The notes beneath the pieces were generated by a model. It was not told the DNA's origin. It saw nothing but the letters and a program-made list of their open reading frames with translations, and did not search any database. A DNA stretch of 64,000 nt from Bacteroidales bacterium (lineage in GTDB: Bacteria; Bacteroidota; Bacteroidia; Bacteroidales; VadinHA17), in assembly GCA_016936435.1 (NCBI GenBank), contig JAFGXX010000075.1:6469-70468 (forward strand), in the 5' to 3' direction. The translations under genes and the position numbers were made by a program. Positions 44,347 to 55,400 of the stretch are shown one piece after another. Position 1 is the first letter of the stretch. Each line of letters starts with the position of its first letter.

Positions 44347-46536
44347 ATGGGGATTCATAAAAATGAAAAAATAAACGGTGGTTCATACCTTCTGACAAAT
44401 CTGATAATATTCTTCCTCCTGGCCGGTTCAGGTATCATCCACTCTCAGATACCAGGTATAAAAGCGGTTTATACCGACAGTCCTCCGGTTATCGATGGTT
44501 TAACAAATGACGAGGTCTGGAAAAACGCTGTCGTTGTGGATGACTTTTCCCAGAAAGAACCGCGTAACGGTGAACCGGTAACCGAAAAAACCGAATTCCT
44601 CTTCCTCTACGACCGTCATAATATCTACGTAGGCATAAGATGTTATGACGATCCGGAAGGTATCATCGCCAAAGAACTTGCGAGGGATGTCAGTCTGGGT
44701 GAAGATGACAGGATACAGGTGATTTTCGATACTTTTCTCGACGGCAGGAGCGGTTACTGGTTTCAGATCGGACCCAGGGGCAGTATAGGTGATGCCCTGA
44801 TAAATGAAAACGGACAATATTTTAACAAGGCATGGGACGGCATCTGGGACGGAAAGGCAAAAATAACCGATTCAGGCTGGGAATCGGAACTTATCATCCC
44901 CTTCAAGACCATGGGCTTCGACAAAAGTTCCGATACATGGGGATTAAAATGTATAAGACATATAAAAAGAAAATCCGAATCTTCAACCTGGCCTGCCACT
45001 TCTCTTGACGCTGACAAGTTCCAGGTATCCGACTGCGGAAGGATAAGCGGGCTAAAAGATATGACCCAGGGCATAGGTCTTGACGTAATACCCTATGCAA
45101 CAGGAGGATTCAGTAAAAAGGAAAATTCAGCATCAAAGCCGGTGGCTGATATTGGAATAGATGCGTTTTACCAGATAACACCTTCCCTGAAAGCAGCATT
45201 AACTGTAAATACTGACTTCGCCCAGACGGAAGTGGATGAAAAACAGATCAACCTGACACGCTTTTCCCTTTACTTTCCCGAAAAAAGGGACTTCTTCCTC
45301 GATGGCTCAAACTACTTCAATTTTGGCATTAACGGCGACGACGACAATATCAAGAAGACCTCAATGATACCGTTCTTCTCAAGAAGTATAGGACTCGACA
45401 GCACCGGGAATCCTGTTCCCATAAAATATGGCGGTAAATTCACAGGTAAAGCAGGAAGGTTCAATTTCGGAGTTCTTCATATTAAAGACGACAACGCATG
45501 GGACAACCCGGGCTATTCGGTAGGAAGAGTTTCAGTCGACCTCGGAAAACAATCCTCAATAGGAATTATCGGTTCTAACGGCAATGCTTTCTCCGACGCT
45601 GCTAACTCGCTGGCCGGCTTTGATCTTAAAATAGGGACTTCGGAACTGAAAGGGAATAAAAACCTCAAATTCTCACTTTATGGTGTGAAATCATTCACAG
45701 AAGGAATTTCAGGTCATGATCTGACTTTCGGAGCAGAAATAAACTATCCGAATGACTTCCTGAACTTCAGGGCAGGATACCTTGAAATAGGAGAAAACTT
45801 CACTCCCGGCCTCGGTTTCGTTCCGCGGAAAGGTATCAGAGATACTTACGGGGCACTGACACTGGGTCCCAGACCAAAAAATTCACCCATTCTCCAGGTC
45901 AAGACCGGCGCAGATTATTCATTTATCTTCAGTACGGTAAACAACGACCTCCTGACAGGAGAAATAAATCTCAATTACTCAACAATTACTTTCATGAGCG
46001 GAGATATTATCTCCCTGCAGTCACAATATCAGTTCGACAGGCTGGAGAAACCTTTCAATATATTCGACACAATTGACATCCCCGGCGGAGATTATAATTT
46101 CTGGCGTCATACCCTTACTCTTACCTCTGCAAAACGAAGAAACCTATGGGGACTGGTAAAAACGGCTTTTGGATCATTCTATTCAGGCCACAGAACCGAT
46201 CTCCTCATCCAGACCGGATACAAAATAGGTGTTCCGGTATACCTGGGCCTCGACGCAGAAAGAAGATGGGTATCGCTCGCGGAAGGAGATTTTGTGACAC
46301 AGATATTTCGTCTGAACCTCAATTTCCTTTTCAGCCCTGATATCTACTGGTCGAATTATGCACAGTACGACAACAAAACCGAAACGATCGGCTGGCAGTC
46401 ACGTTTCCAATGGATAATTAAACCGGGCAAAGAAGTATTCCTTACCTTTAACTCGCCTCTTATAGATCCACACGAACGTTTCACTCCTGAGGTCTACGAA
46501 GCGAGGCTCAAGGTAAAATATACGATCCGCTTCTGA
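44347..46536 (+). CDS. CBM9-like + DUF5916 outer-membrane-type protein
   Basis: 729 aa. It has an N-terminal signal. PVIDGLTNDEVWKNA is typical of CBM9/DOMON-like modules. The large beta-rich C-terminal region ends in an aromatic residue (KYTIRF). Confidence 0.65.
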   Translation: MGIHKNEKINGGSYLLTNLIIFFLLAGSGIIHSQIPGIKAVYTDSPPVIDGLTNDEVWKNAVVVDDFSQKEPRNGEPVTEKTEFLFLYDRHNIYVGIRCYDDPEGIIAKELARDVSLGEDDRIQVIFDTFLDGRSGYWFQIGPRGSIGDALINENGQYFNKAWDGIWDGKAKITDSGWESELIIPFKTMGFDKSSDTWGLKCIRHIKRKSESSTWPATSLDADKFQVSDCGRISGLKDMTQGIGLDVIPYATGGFSKKENSASKPVADIGIDAFYQITPSLKAALTVNTDFAQTEVDEKQINLTRFSLYFPEKRDFFLDGSNYFNFGINGDDDNIKKTSMIPFFSRSIGLDSTGNPVPIKYGGKFTGKAGRFNFGVLHIKDDNAWDNPGYSVGRVSVDLGKQSSIGIIGSNGNAFSDAANSLAGFDLKIGTSELKGNKNLKFSLYGVKSFTEGISGHDLTFGAEINYPNDFLNFRAGYLEIGENFTPGLGFVPRKGIRDTYGALTLGPRPKNSPILQVKTGADYSFIFSTVNNDLLTGEINLNYSTITFMSGDIISLQSQYQFDRLEKPFNIFDTIDIPGGDYNFWRHTLTLTSAKRRNLWGLVKTAFGSFYSGHRTDLLIQTGYKIGVPVYLGLDAERRWVSLAEGDFVTQIFRLNLNFLFSPDIYWSNYAQYDNKTETIGWQSRFQWIIKPGKEVFLTFNSPLIDPHERFTPEVYEARLKVKYTIRF

Positions 46537-46544
46537 CAGCGGGT

Positions 46545-48710
46545 TTATTCCACCAGCGTCATTTCATTAAGAAGGTAGCCTGCTCCCGCAAACTTGTCGA
46601 TAATGAAAAGAGCATACCTTATGTCGAGACTTATGTTCCGGCTCTGTTCCGGGTTGAATGCCATGTCGCTTGCAACACCTTCCCATGCCCTGTCGAAATT
46701 CACTCCGATAAGGTGTCCGTCTGCATTTATCACGGGGCTCCCTGAGTTACCTCCTGTGGTATGATTTGTTGCTATGAAACACACAGGCACCTCTCCGTTC
46801 TGTGTATAACGACCATAATTTTTTGTACGATAAAGCTCCTTCAGCTTGTCGGGTACATCATAGTCGAATATTTCGGGATTGTCTTTTTCAATGATCCCCT
46901 TAAGGGTTGAATAGTGTCTAAAATAAACAGCATCTTTTGAATAATAACCTTTAACAGCGCCGTAAGCGACCCTTAATGTTGAATTTGCATCGGGATAGAA
47001 AAGTCGGTCGCTGTCAAATTCCATCTGAAGAGTCATATACAGAGGATTAAGCTTCTGAATCTCTGATTGTATCCTCATTAACTCGCCACGTACATTCGCT
47101 GATATGAATTCACTTGCGCTCCTGGCAAGGTTATAAATCGGATCTTTTGCGAGAGCCTTGAGTGAACGTTTGCTGAATCCGTTCACGAAGGCTGTGAACC
47201 TGGCTTCATCGGTGAAAACACTCACCGGGTACACTTTATCTGCAAGTGCCTGAAAATCACCTTTACATGAACTCTTTATTTTTAAATACTCCGGTGCCTG
47301 CCACTTTTCTTCAAGCTCTTCACCATACAATCCCATCACGGCAACAAATAACTTTTTGTCGGTCTCGTGATTATAATTCTTGAAGAACCTGTCTGCAGCA
47401 GCAAGCAATTCTCCCTTTACAGCTTCAATCCTGGCTGCGTCGGCATCACCTTCAAAAAGGTTTGCAAATGCCATCATGTTCCTGGCGAAACCTACAGCCT
47501 CGGCGCCGCTGCTGAAAAAGGCATCGGAGGTAAAACTGTTTACAAGTGAATAATCCTTTAACTGCGAGTAGAGCTTTTCATATTCCGGCAGGAGATGCCC
47601 GTATTTTGCCTTTCTCCCGGCCTCAGCGTTAATCCATTCGGTAAGGCCTTTCTCAAAGGCCTGCTTCTTCTCGATGGTCTTCATCCTTTCCAGCCCCTGG
47701 TTCTCCCCTATCCATTTCTTCCATGCATTAGCCACACCTGATTTCTTTGCCGAATACTGAAGCCTGATGAGAGGATCGGTATTCATGGCTGCTTCCATTA
47801 TCTCTATCTTTTTTGTCCTGATCGCTATCATTTTCGGGTTGATATGGTTTTTGACCATATCTATATGATATGAGGGGACATACTGTGATGTAGATCCGGG
47901 GTATCCGAATACCATGGTGAAGTCGCCTTCCTGAACCCCTTTCAGTGAGATGGGAAAATGATAAAGTGGTTTGTATGGAACATTTTCTCTGGCATACCTT
48001 GCAGGTTTGTTTTCAGTACCCGCATACACTCTCCACAGAGAGAAATCGCCTGTATGACGGGGCCATATCCAGTTGTCTGTTTCGCCTCCGAATTTTCCTA
48101 TGGCTGAAGGCGGTGCCCCGACAAAACGAACATCGCTGAAAGTCTCATAAACAAGCATAAAATACTGGTTGCCCATGTAGAAGGGGCTTATTCTGGCAGT
48201 GTAACCTGTCCCTTCCAGAGCTTTTTTCCTTATCTCTTCCGAATTGGCATCCAGAACTTTCTGCCTTTCCTGGGCATTCATGTCTTCGGTAATACCTTTC
48301 ATCATCCGGTCGGTTACATCTTCCATCCATTTAAGAATTGTAACCGACAATCCGGGAGCGGGGATCTCCTCTTCCCTCGACATGGCCCAGAAACCGTTTG
48401 CCAGGTAGTCGTTTTCGATGCTCGAAAGCCTCTGTATGGTTCCGTAACCACAATGATGATTTGTTATCAGAAGTCCGTCTGGGGAGATCAGCTCACCGGT
48501 ACAACCGCCGCCAAAAATGACTACAGCATCTTTCATACAGGCTTTGTTAACACTGTAAATGTCTTCGGCAGAAAGTTTGAATCCCTTCTCCTGCATGAGT
48601 CTGATATTATATTTTTCAATGAGAATGGGTATCCACATCCCCTCATCAGGTGTTGCCGTCGCAGAAAGCGATACAAGAACGATCATAAATGACAAAAGCA
48701 GTTTTTTCAT
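46545..48710 (-). CDS. S46-family dipeptidyl-peptidase (DPP7/DPP11-like)
   Basis: 721 aa. Signal peptide followed by DEGMWIP. Catalytic His context ITNHHCG and Ser context GGNSGSPV. Confidence 0.9.
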   Translation of the reverse strand: MKKLLLSFMIVLVSLSATATPDEGMWIPILIEKYNIRLMQEKGFKLSAEDIYSVNKACMKDAVVIFGGGCTGELISPDGLLITNHHCGYGTIQRLSSIENDYLANGFWAMSREEEIPAPGLSVTILKWMEDVTDRMMKGITEDMNAQERQKVLDANSEEIRKKALEGTGYTARISPFYMGNQYFMLVYETFSDVRFVGAPPSAIGKFGGETDNWIWPRHTGDFSLWRVYAGTENKPARYARENVPYKPLYHFPISLKGVQEGDFTMVFGYPGSTSQYVPSYHIDMVKNHINPKMIAIRTKKIEIMEAAMNTDPLIRLQYSAKKSGVANAWKKWIGENQGLERMKTIEKKQAFEKGLTEWINAEAGRKAKYGHLLPEYEKLYSQLKDYSLVNSFTSDAFFSSGAEAVGFARNMMAFANLFEGDADAARIEAVKGELLAAADRFFKNYNHETDKKLFVAVMGLYGEELEEKWQAPEYLKIKSSCKGDFQALADKVYPVSVFTDEARFTAFVNGFSKRSLKALAKDPIYNLARSASEFISANVRGELMRIQSEIQKLNPLYMTLQMEFDSDRLFYPDANSTLRVAYGAVKGYYSKDAVYFRHYSTLKGIIEKDNPEIFDYDVPDKLKELYRTKNYGRYTQNGEVPVCFIATNHTTGGNSGSPVINADGHLIGVNFDRAWEGVASDMAFNPEQSRNISLDIRYALFIIDKFAGAGYLLNEMTLVE

Positions 48711-48730
48711 ATTCTCAGATTTTATATTCC

Positions 48731-49312
48731 TTAAAAATTTTTCAGTTCCTTATAGAGTCTCTGTACGGGCAGACCTACAACATTGAAGTATGAGCCTTCT
48801 ATCATGCTGCAACCGGCAATACCTATCCACTCCTGGATTCCGTAGCCGCCTGCCTTATCGTACGGTTTGAAGCGGTCAATATAATAAATTATCTCCTCAT
48901 CCGAAAGATCATCAAAAGTAACCTTCGTGGTATCGGTGAAAGTGGTCTCTTTCGTAAAGGTCAGGATATTCACTCCTGTGATCACCTCATGTGTGCTGCC
49001 CGAGATGAGCCTGAGCATTCTGAAAGCATCCTGCCTGTCTGAAGGTTTTTCAAGAATCTCTCCGTTGCACCATACGATGGTGTCTGCAGTGATTATCATG
49101 TCGCCGGGCAGAAGGGATTCCCTGAAATGATCTGCCTTCGACCGGGCAAGATAAAGTGCGATCTCTTCTCCTGCGAGTCCTCCGGGAAATGATTCGTCAT
49201 AATCTTTCTCTGATATCTTGAATTCGAGCCCCAGCTCACGAAGAAGCTGTTGCCTCCGCGGTGACCTCGAAGCGAGGGTTATCCTGTATTTTAATGATAT
49301 GTCGGTGAGCAT
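48731..49312 (-). CDS. maf: Maf-like nucleoside triphosphate pyrophosphatase
   Basis: 193 aa. Contains LASRSPRRQQLL, AGGYGIQ and related Maf motifs. Confidence 0.85.
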   Translation of the reverse strand: MLTDISLKYRITLASRSPRRQQLLRELGLEFKISEKDYDESFPGGLAGEEIALYLARSKADHFRESLLPGDMIITADTIVWCNGEILEKPSDRQDAFRMLRLISGSTHEVITGVNILTFTKETTFTDTTKVTFDDLSDEEIIYYIDRFKPYDKAGGYGIQEWIGIAGCSMIEGSYFNVVGLPVQRLYKELKNF

Positions 49313-49315
49313 GGA

Positions 49316-50299
49316 TCAGAGGAGCTTCCAGTATATTATTGCCTTCACCACCAGAGAATAAAGAATACCGGTGAGCATAGCTATCTTCATCATGCTGCTG
49401 GCGCCATGTATCTGCCGCCTGGTGCTTCCGCAAATTACACGGCATATGACCAGCACCAGTGGAACAACTATAGCTGCCGAGATATAAATCAATGTTATCC
49501 AGTCGCGTACATAAAGGAACCAGACGATATAAAGAAGCAGGATGGTGAGCCCTGCAAGAACTGTCGAAATTATCTTTGAAGCAGGTATGCCTGTCACCAC
49601 CGGCAGTGTATTGCGCCCGTAAGCCCTGTCACCTTCAAAATCCTCAATATCCTTGATTATCTCCCTGGTGAGGGTTGTAAGAAAAGCAAAAAGGGCAAAA
49701 CCGCCTACCCAGTAAAAGAGAAAAGACATTTCAGGGACACTTACTGCATTTACCGTATAGTACCGGTAAAGTGATGGCCATTCATACAGGACAACCAGGA
49801 AGGGCACCATGGCTGTCAGAAATGCAACTACCAGATTCCCGATAAGAAATTGCCTCTTATAACTCGCTGAATAAAAATACAGCAGACCCGATACCACCAG
49901 GAAGATCAGGCCCATCCAGAAAAGACCCGCCCTGTAGGATACGTAGAAGCCCATAGATACACCTGCTATGTTGAATACTGAGTGCCACAGGATAGCCTTC
50001 CTTCTCGATATCTTGTTCCCCACAATTATGTTACCTCTGTTAACGAGGTCGGTCCGTATATCGAAATAATCGTTTATTACGTAACCTCCTGCAGTAATGC
50101 ATAGTGTGGCGGCAATGAGAAGAATAAAATGCAGCAGAGGTAACTGCAGCATCATGGGCAGAGGAACGTCGGGTGCTGCGGCCAGCGCCACTTTAACCTG
50201 GCTCAGAAGGGGTGAGATCACAAAATATCTCATCAGGACCATCGTAAGAGTCACAATGAGAAGGTTTTTCCAGCGTATAAGTTGCAGAAATTCTTTCAT
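49316..50299 (-). CDS. UbiA-family prenyltransferase (digeranylgeranylglyceryl-phosphate-synthase-like)
   Basis: I prefer the start at MKEFLQLIRWKNL (nt 50299), which removes the overlap with kdsC. Polytopic. Asp-rich motifs NDYFDIRTD and KDIEDFEGD. Confidence 0.75.
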   Translation of the reverse strand: MKEFLQLIRWKNLLIVTLTMVLMRYFVISPLLSQVKVALAAAPDVPLPMMLQLPLLHFILLIAATLCITAGGYVINDYFDIRTDLVNRGNIIVGNKISRRKAILWHSVFNIAGVSMGFYVSYRAGLFWMGLIFLVVSGLLYFYSASYKRQFLIGNLVVAFLTAMVPFLVVLYEWPSLYRYYTVNAVSVPEMSFLFYWVGGFALFAFLTTLTREIIKDIEDFEGDRAYGRNTLPVVTGIPASKIISTVLAGLTILLLYIVWFLYVRDWITLIYISAAIVVPLVLVICRVICGSTRRQIHGASSMMKIAMLTGILYSLVVKAIIYWKLL

Positions 50300-50300
50300 A

Positions 50301-50822
50301 TCACCATGTAAATGATTCGGAATCCATCCATTTGTCATGCAGCCTGAGAACCTGTTCAATCACATCCCTCACACAACCCTCTCCGCCTTTTTTATCGGAG
50401 ACATAAACCGACAGTTGCCTTATTTCACTGTCGGCATCACTAGGGCATACCGGAACACCTGCTTCCTTCATAACATAAAAATCAGGAATATCGTCACCCA
50501 TATAAAGAATCTCCGTATCATTCAGATTGTATTTTTTTCTGAAATAACGGTAATGATCTATCTTTTTCCTGCTGTTGAGGAATACGTCGGTAATCCCGAG
50601 TTGCCTGAGCCTCTTTTGATAATCCTTTGAATTGCTTCCCGATATGATAGCAACCTTATAGCCTTTTTTAACTGCAAGCTGCAGGGCATAACCATCGCGG
50701 AGGTTGATTGTCCGGTTCGGCACTCCGAATACATTTAGATTTATTGTCTGAAGTGAAAGCACACCGTCAATATCAAAAATGAATGCCTTTACACCGGCAA
50801 GCCCTTCCTTGAAATTTGTCAT
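50301..50822 (-). CDS. kdsC: KDO 8-phosphate phosphatase (HAD-IIIA)
   Basis: 173 aa. Contains FIFDIDGVLS and YMGDDIPD. The size and pattern are typical of KdsC. Confidence 0.8.
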   Translation of the reverse strand: MTNFKEGLAGVKAFIFDIDGVLSLQTINLNVFGVPNRTINLRDGYALQLAVKKGYKVAIISGSNSKDYQKRLRQLGITDVFLNSRKKIDHYRYFRKKYNLNDTEILYMGDDIPDFYVMKEAGVPVCPSDADSEIRQLSVYVSDKKGGEGCVRDVIEQVLRLHDKWMDSESFTW

Positions 50823-51604
50823 CCCTGATCTGTTTTGTAGTGTTTTCTAATTGATTCGGTAAGTTCGTAATATATTTTCTGCAATTCGGGCGAGAAAGAT
50901 AATAATTTCAGATGCTTTTCAATAGTGTTCAGGTCATTCCTGATCGCAGGACCTGTCTGCGACATATCGGGACCGGTATCGAAAGCTTTGGCTATGGTCT
51001 CATTTACAAGTGGTTCAAGTATTTTATAATCGAGCCCGGCCTCAGAGGTGATCTCCTTTCCCGCAGTAAGCAAATAGTTGGTGAAATTACAAACAAATAC
51101 TGCTGCAAGATGAAGCATCTTCCTGGTGTCTGTATCCATAAAAGCTGTCTTTGCACCAAGAGTCGAAGCAAGGTCCTGAAGAAGTTTTGCAGTATCGTCA
51201 TCGGAAGCTTCGAGCAGGAACGGTATCGCAGCTACATTCAATTTTCTTCCCGAAGTAAATGTCTGGAAAGGATAGAACACAGCTTTCTTACTTATTGAAG
51301 GAGGAAAGACCTCCAGTCCGAAACTTCCGGCAGTATGTGCAACTATACATTCTCCGGGACACTCGATAGAGGCAAGGACTTCGCGGAGGCTGTGGTCGGG
51401 TACGGCAACTATTATCACCCTGGTGGCAGCGCCGAAACTAAGTTCATCAGACCATTCAGCGTTGCAGTCTGCAGCAAGAGATCTTCCTTTTTTCTCTGTT
51501 TTGGATACTATCCTGTCAATCTGTATTCCTGACCTGTAGAATTCTCTGCAGAGTGTGGCGGCAACATTGCCGGCACCCGCAAAAGATATAGCATACATGG
51601 TCAT
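50819..51604 (-). CDS. DUF2520 / Rossmann-like (ProC-related) protein
   Basis: 261 aa. N-terminal dinucleotide-binding pattern ISFAGAGNVA. There is a 4-nt overlap with kdsC. Confidence 0.6.
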   Translation of the reverse strand: MTMYAISFAGAGNVAATLCREFYRSGIQIDRIVSKTEKKGRSLAADCNAEWSDELSFGAATRVIIVAVPDHSLREVLASIECPGECIVAHTAGSFGLEVFPPSISKKAVFYPFQTFTSGRKLNVAAIPFLLEASDDDTAKLLQDLASTLGAKTAFMDTDTRKMLHLAAVFVCNFTNYLLTAGKEITSEAGLDYKILEPLVNETIAKAFDTGPDMSQTGPAIRNDLNTIEKHLKLLSFSPELQKIYYELTESIRKHYKTDQG

Positions 51605-51615
51605 AGGGAATGGGG

Positions 51616-52026
51616 CTATTTACCGTACATGTGCGACTTCATCTCGGTAACCCTGATATTATAATACTTATAGTAGTAATAATAATATGATGACTGGCTT
51701 GCACTGCTTACGTACTGGCAATCCCAGAAAACGTCGCCTGAAATCTTTATCTGATGTTCGGGATTGAGTTTCTTATAGACCTCATACATCTCTACAGGAT
51801 TACAGAAGGTATAGGTGTCATAACCAATTCTGAAACTCATCACTGCACCTTCTCCGCTTACATAGATCTCAGAATAATCGATCGGGGAAAAAGTATCGAG
51901 TGTAATGCTGAAGAGAACATCGCCGTCGCAACCGCATTTCTCCTGTTTATCGCATCCGTGCACAGATAGAAGCGGTGCAATGATGACAAGGGCAACCATG
52001 ATCTTACCTGAAATATATTTTCTCAT
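51616..52026 (-). CDS. Small hypothetical lipoprotein
   Basis: 136 aa. Lipobox LLSVHGC, a Cys-rich start (CDKQEKCGCDGD) and a Tyr run (SSYYYYYYKYYN). Confidence 0.55.
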   Translation of the reverse strand: MRKYISGKIMVALVIIAPLLSVHGCDKQEKCGCDGDVLFSITLDTFSPIDYSEIYVSGEGAVMSFRIGYDTYTFCNPVEMYEVYKKLNPEHQIKISGDVFWDCQYVSSASQSSYYYYYYKYYNIRVTEMKSHMYGK

Positions 52027-52089
52027 TGTCTGATGTCAGATTCTTTCAAAATAATAACACACAAAGGTCGGATTTATTTCTTTCAATTC

Positions 52090-52118
52090 AAAAAAAAGCC
52101 GTCAGCATCGCTGACGGC
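52090..52118 (-). terminator. Rho-independent terminator ending the rpoBC-DUF3467 transcription unit
   Basis: On the minus strand it reads GCCGTCAGC-GAT-GCTGACGGC followed by TTTTTTTT. It lies about 30 nt after the DUF3467 stop. Confidence 0.85.
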
Positions 52119-52146
52119 CGTGAGTTGGAGTTGTTTGGCATTTATT

Positions 52147-52464
52147 TCAGGCCTGGGCTGTCGGACCGCCGAAGCTCATAGGCATTACCGGTCCTGAACC
52201 CTTGACCTCCTTTATCGGTCCGTGAACAGATTCAAACTTTGAAATATTATCCTGAAGAGCGGCAACAAGTCTTTTTGCGTGTTCAGGGGTAAGTATGATC
52301 CTCGACTTCACCTGTGCCTTGGGTATTCCCGGCATGATCCTTACGAAATCGACTACGAACTCCGAGGCAGAGTGGGTTATGACCGCCAGGTTGGAATAGA
52401 TGCCCTGGGCCACTTCCTCGTTAAGTTCTATACTGATCTGGTTTTGTTCTCTTGAATCTGCCAT
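52147..52464 (-). CDS. DUF3467-family protein
   Basis: 105 aa. The pattern ELNEEVAQGIYSNLAVITHSASEFVVDFV...RIILTPEHAKRL matches my memory of DUF3467. It starts 15 nt downstream of rpoC. Confidence 0.7.
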   Translation of the reverse strand: MADSREQNQISIELNEEVAQGIYSNLAVITHSASEFVVDFVRIMPGIPKAQVKSRIILTPEHAKRLVAALQDNISKFESVHGPIKEVKGSGPVMPMSFGGPTAQA

Positions 52465-52479
52465 GACTTTAATATTTAG

Positions 52480-55400
52480 TTATTTACCTGCATCAGCCTT
52501 TTCGGCTTCAGCTTCCTGCTCCCTGTCGGCACCAACCAGTTCTTCATATTCTTCAAGTGAGCCTACAATGATGCTGTTATACTCGCGCTGACCTGTTCCG
52601 GCAGGAATAAGATGACCCACGATGACATTTTCTTTCAGGCCTTCCAGTCTGTCTATTTTCCCGAGTATTGCAGCTTCGTTGAGTACCTTGGTCGTTTCCT
52701 GGAAAGAGGCTGCCGAGAAGAAACTGTTGGTCTGCAGTGCTGCACGGGTGATCCCCTGCAGAACCTGACTGGAAGTTGCCGGAATGGCATCCCTGGCTTC
52801 AACGATCTTCTGGTCTTTTCTCTTCAGAACGGAATTCTCATCTCTCAGTTTGCGTGCCGTGATTATCATTCCCGGACGTAATGTCTGTGAGTCTCCACTC
52901 TCGGTAATAACCTTCTTGTCGTAGATCCAGTCGTTTTCATCCATAAACTCGAGCTTGTCAACTATCTGGCGTTCAAGGAACTTCGTGTCGCCCGGATCCA
53001 CAATTTCCACCTTGCGCATCATCTGTCTGACAATGATCTCGAAGTGTTTATCGTTGATTTTCACACCCTGCAGACGGTATACTTCCTGAATCTCATTTAC
53101 TATATATTCCTGTACTTTTGTAGGACCTTTGATAGCGAGAATGTCAGAAGGTGTTATTGCACCGTCGGAAAGCGGTGTACCTGCCTTTACGTAGTCATTT
53201 TCCTGAACGAGTATCTGTTTGGACAGTGGTACAAGGTATTTTTTGATCTCGTCGGTCTTTGATTTTATGGTTATCTCCCTGTTACCCCTCTTGATTTTTC
53301 CAAAGGTAACTTCGCCGTCAATTTCCGAAACGATAGCCGGGTTTGAAGGGTTACGGGCTTCAAAGAGTTCGGTAACCCTTGGAAGACCTCCTGTTATATC
53401 ACCCGATTTACCAACGGCACGCGGAATTTTTACGAGTACATCACCTGCTTCCACGATCTTATTTGTCTCTGCAACCAGGTGGGATCCCACCGGCAGGTTA
53501 TAGAGCCTGAGTTCCTCACCTCCCTTTGGAGCAAGTATCTTGATGGCAGGGTTCTTAGTCTTATCGCGGCTCTCTATGATAACCTTCTCCTTGAAACCGG
53601 TCTGCTCGTCTGATTCTTCACGGAAAGTTATCCCTTCAATAAGGTAATCGTATCCGATCTTACCTCCTACTTCGGCGATAATGACCGCGTTGAAAGGATC
53701 CCACTCACAAATGAGTTTTCCTTTCTCAACCTCCTGTCCGGGTTTAATATACAGTTTCGATCCGTAAGGTACTGTATGGGTTGTGAGGGCGATGCCTGTC
53801 TTTTTGTCTATTATCCTCAGTTCTGCAAGCCTGCCTATAACAATGTCGATCTTACCTTTTTCCGCGTCTTTTTTCTCTACTGACCTCAGTTCTTCAATCT
53901 CGGCGATACCTGAATAACGTGCCACGAGCCGTGATTCGGTTGTAATATTCGAAGCGGTACCACCCACGTGGAATGTACGGAGGGTAAGCTGGGTTCCGGG
54001 TTCACCGATACTCTGTGCTGCAATTACACCAACGGCTTCACCTTTCTGGACCATTTGTCCTGTTGAGAGGTTACGACCGTAGCATTTTGCACATACACCT
54101 TTCTTGGATTCACAGGTAAGAACCGAGCGTATTTCAACCTGCTCTATAGGTGAGTCTTCTATCCTGGCTGCCAGTTCTTCAGTAAGCTCCTGCCCTGCTT
54201 CGACGATGAGTTCTCCTGTCAGAGGATGATAAACATCGTGAACGGTTGTACGGCCAAGTATCCTTTCATAGAGCGATTCAACGACTTCTTCATTTTTCTT
54301 TATCGCTGTTGCCACCAGACCTCTCAGGGTACCACAGTCTTCTTCGTTAATGATCACATCCTGTGATACATCCACAAGCCTTCTGGTAAGGTATCCTGCA
54401 TCGGCAGTCTTCAGAGCTGTATCGGCCAGACCTTTACGGGCACCGTGTGTTGAAATGAAGTATTCAAGAACAGACAGTCCTTCTTTAAAGTTTGACAGAA
54501 TGGGGTTCTCGATAATCTCAGATCCTGAAGAACCCGATTTCTGAGGTTTAGCCATAAGGCCTCTCATACCCGACAGCTGCCGTATCTGTTCTTTAGATCC
54601 CCTGGCACCCGAGTCGAGCATCATGTAAACAGAGTTAAATCCCTGTTTGTCGTTTGAAAGCTGTTTCATGAGCGACTGGGTAAGCCTTGCGTTAACATGT
54701 GTCCATATATCGATGATCTGGTTATAACGTTCGTTGTTCGTTATGAACCCCATGTTGTAATTATTGAGAACCTCCTCTACCTGTTCATAGCCTTCTCCTA
54801 CAAATTTAGTTTTATCCTCTGGTATTATAACATCATCGAGGTTGAACGACAATCCGCCTCTGAATGCCGAATCAAAACCGAGGTTCTTGATCGCATCCAG
54901 GAAATCGGCTGTCTTCGCCATTCCTGAAAGTTTCAGAACACGACCGATGATATCCCTCAATGATTTTTTCGTAAGGATCTCATTTATGAATCCCACCTCT
55001 TCGGGAACATACTGGTTGAAAATTACTCTTCCTACAGTAGTTTCTATCAGATGATTTACCAGTTCTCCGTTGACCCTGTCATTAACTTTCACTTTTATGA
55101 AAGCATGCAGGTCTACCTTACCTTCATTATGAGCTATTGTAACCTCAGCAGGTGAATAGAAGATCAGGCCTTCGCCTCTTACCTTTTCTGTTTCAGTGCT
55201 CTTCCTTCCCTTGGTGATATAATAGAGCCCGAGAACCATATCCTGTGAAGGAACCGTTATCGGAGCTCCGTTAGCCGGATTGAGAATGTTATGTGAAGCC
55301 AGCATGAGCATCTGTGCTTCAAGCACGGCAGTATTTCCAAGGGGCAGATGGACAGCCATCTGGTCACCATCAAAGTCGGCGTTGAAAGCTGTACATACAA

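Noticed and set aside
51616-52026. Tyr-run (YYYYYY) in the small lipoprotein as a functional repeat
   Set aside because: It is a single short low-complexity run encoded by TAT/TAC-rich sequence in an AT-rich gene. There is no evidence beyond composition.
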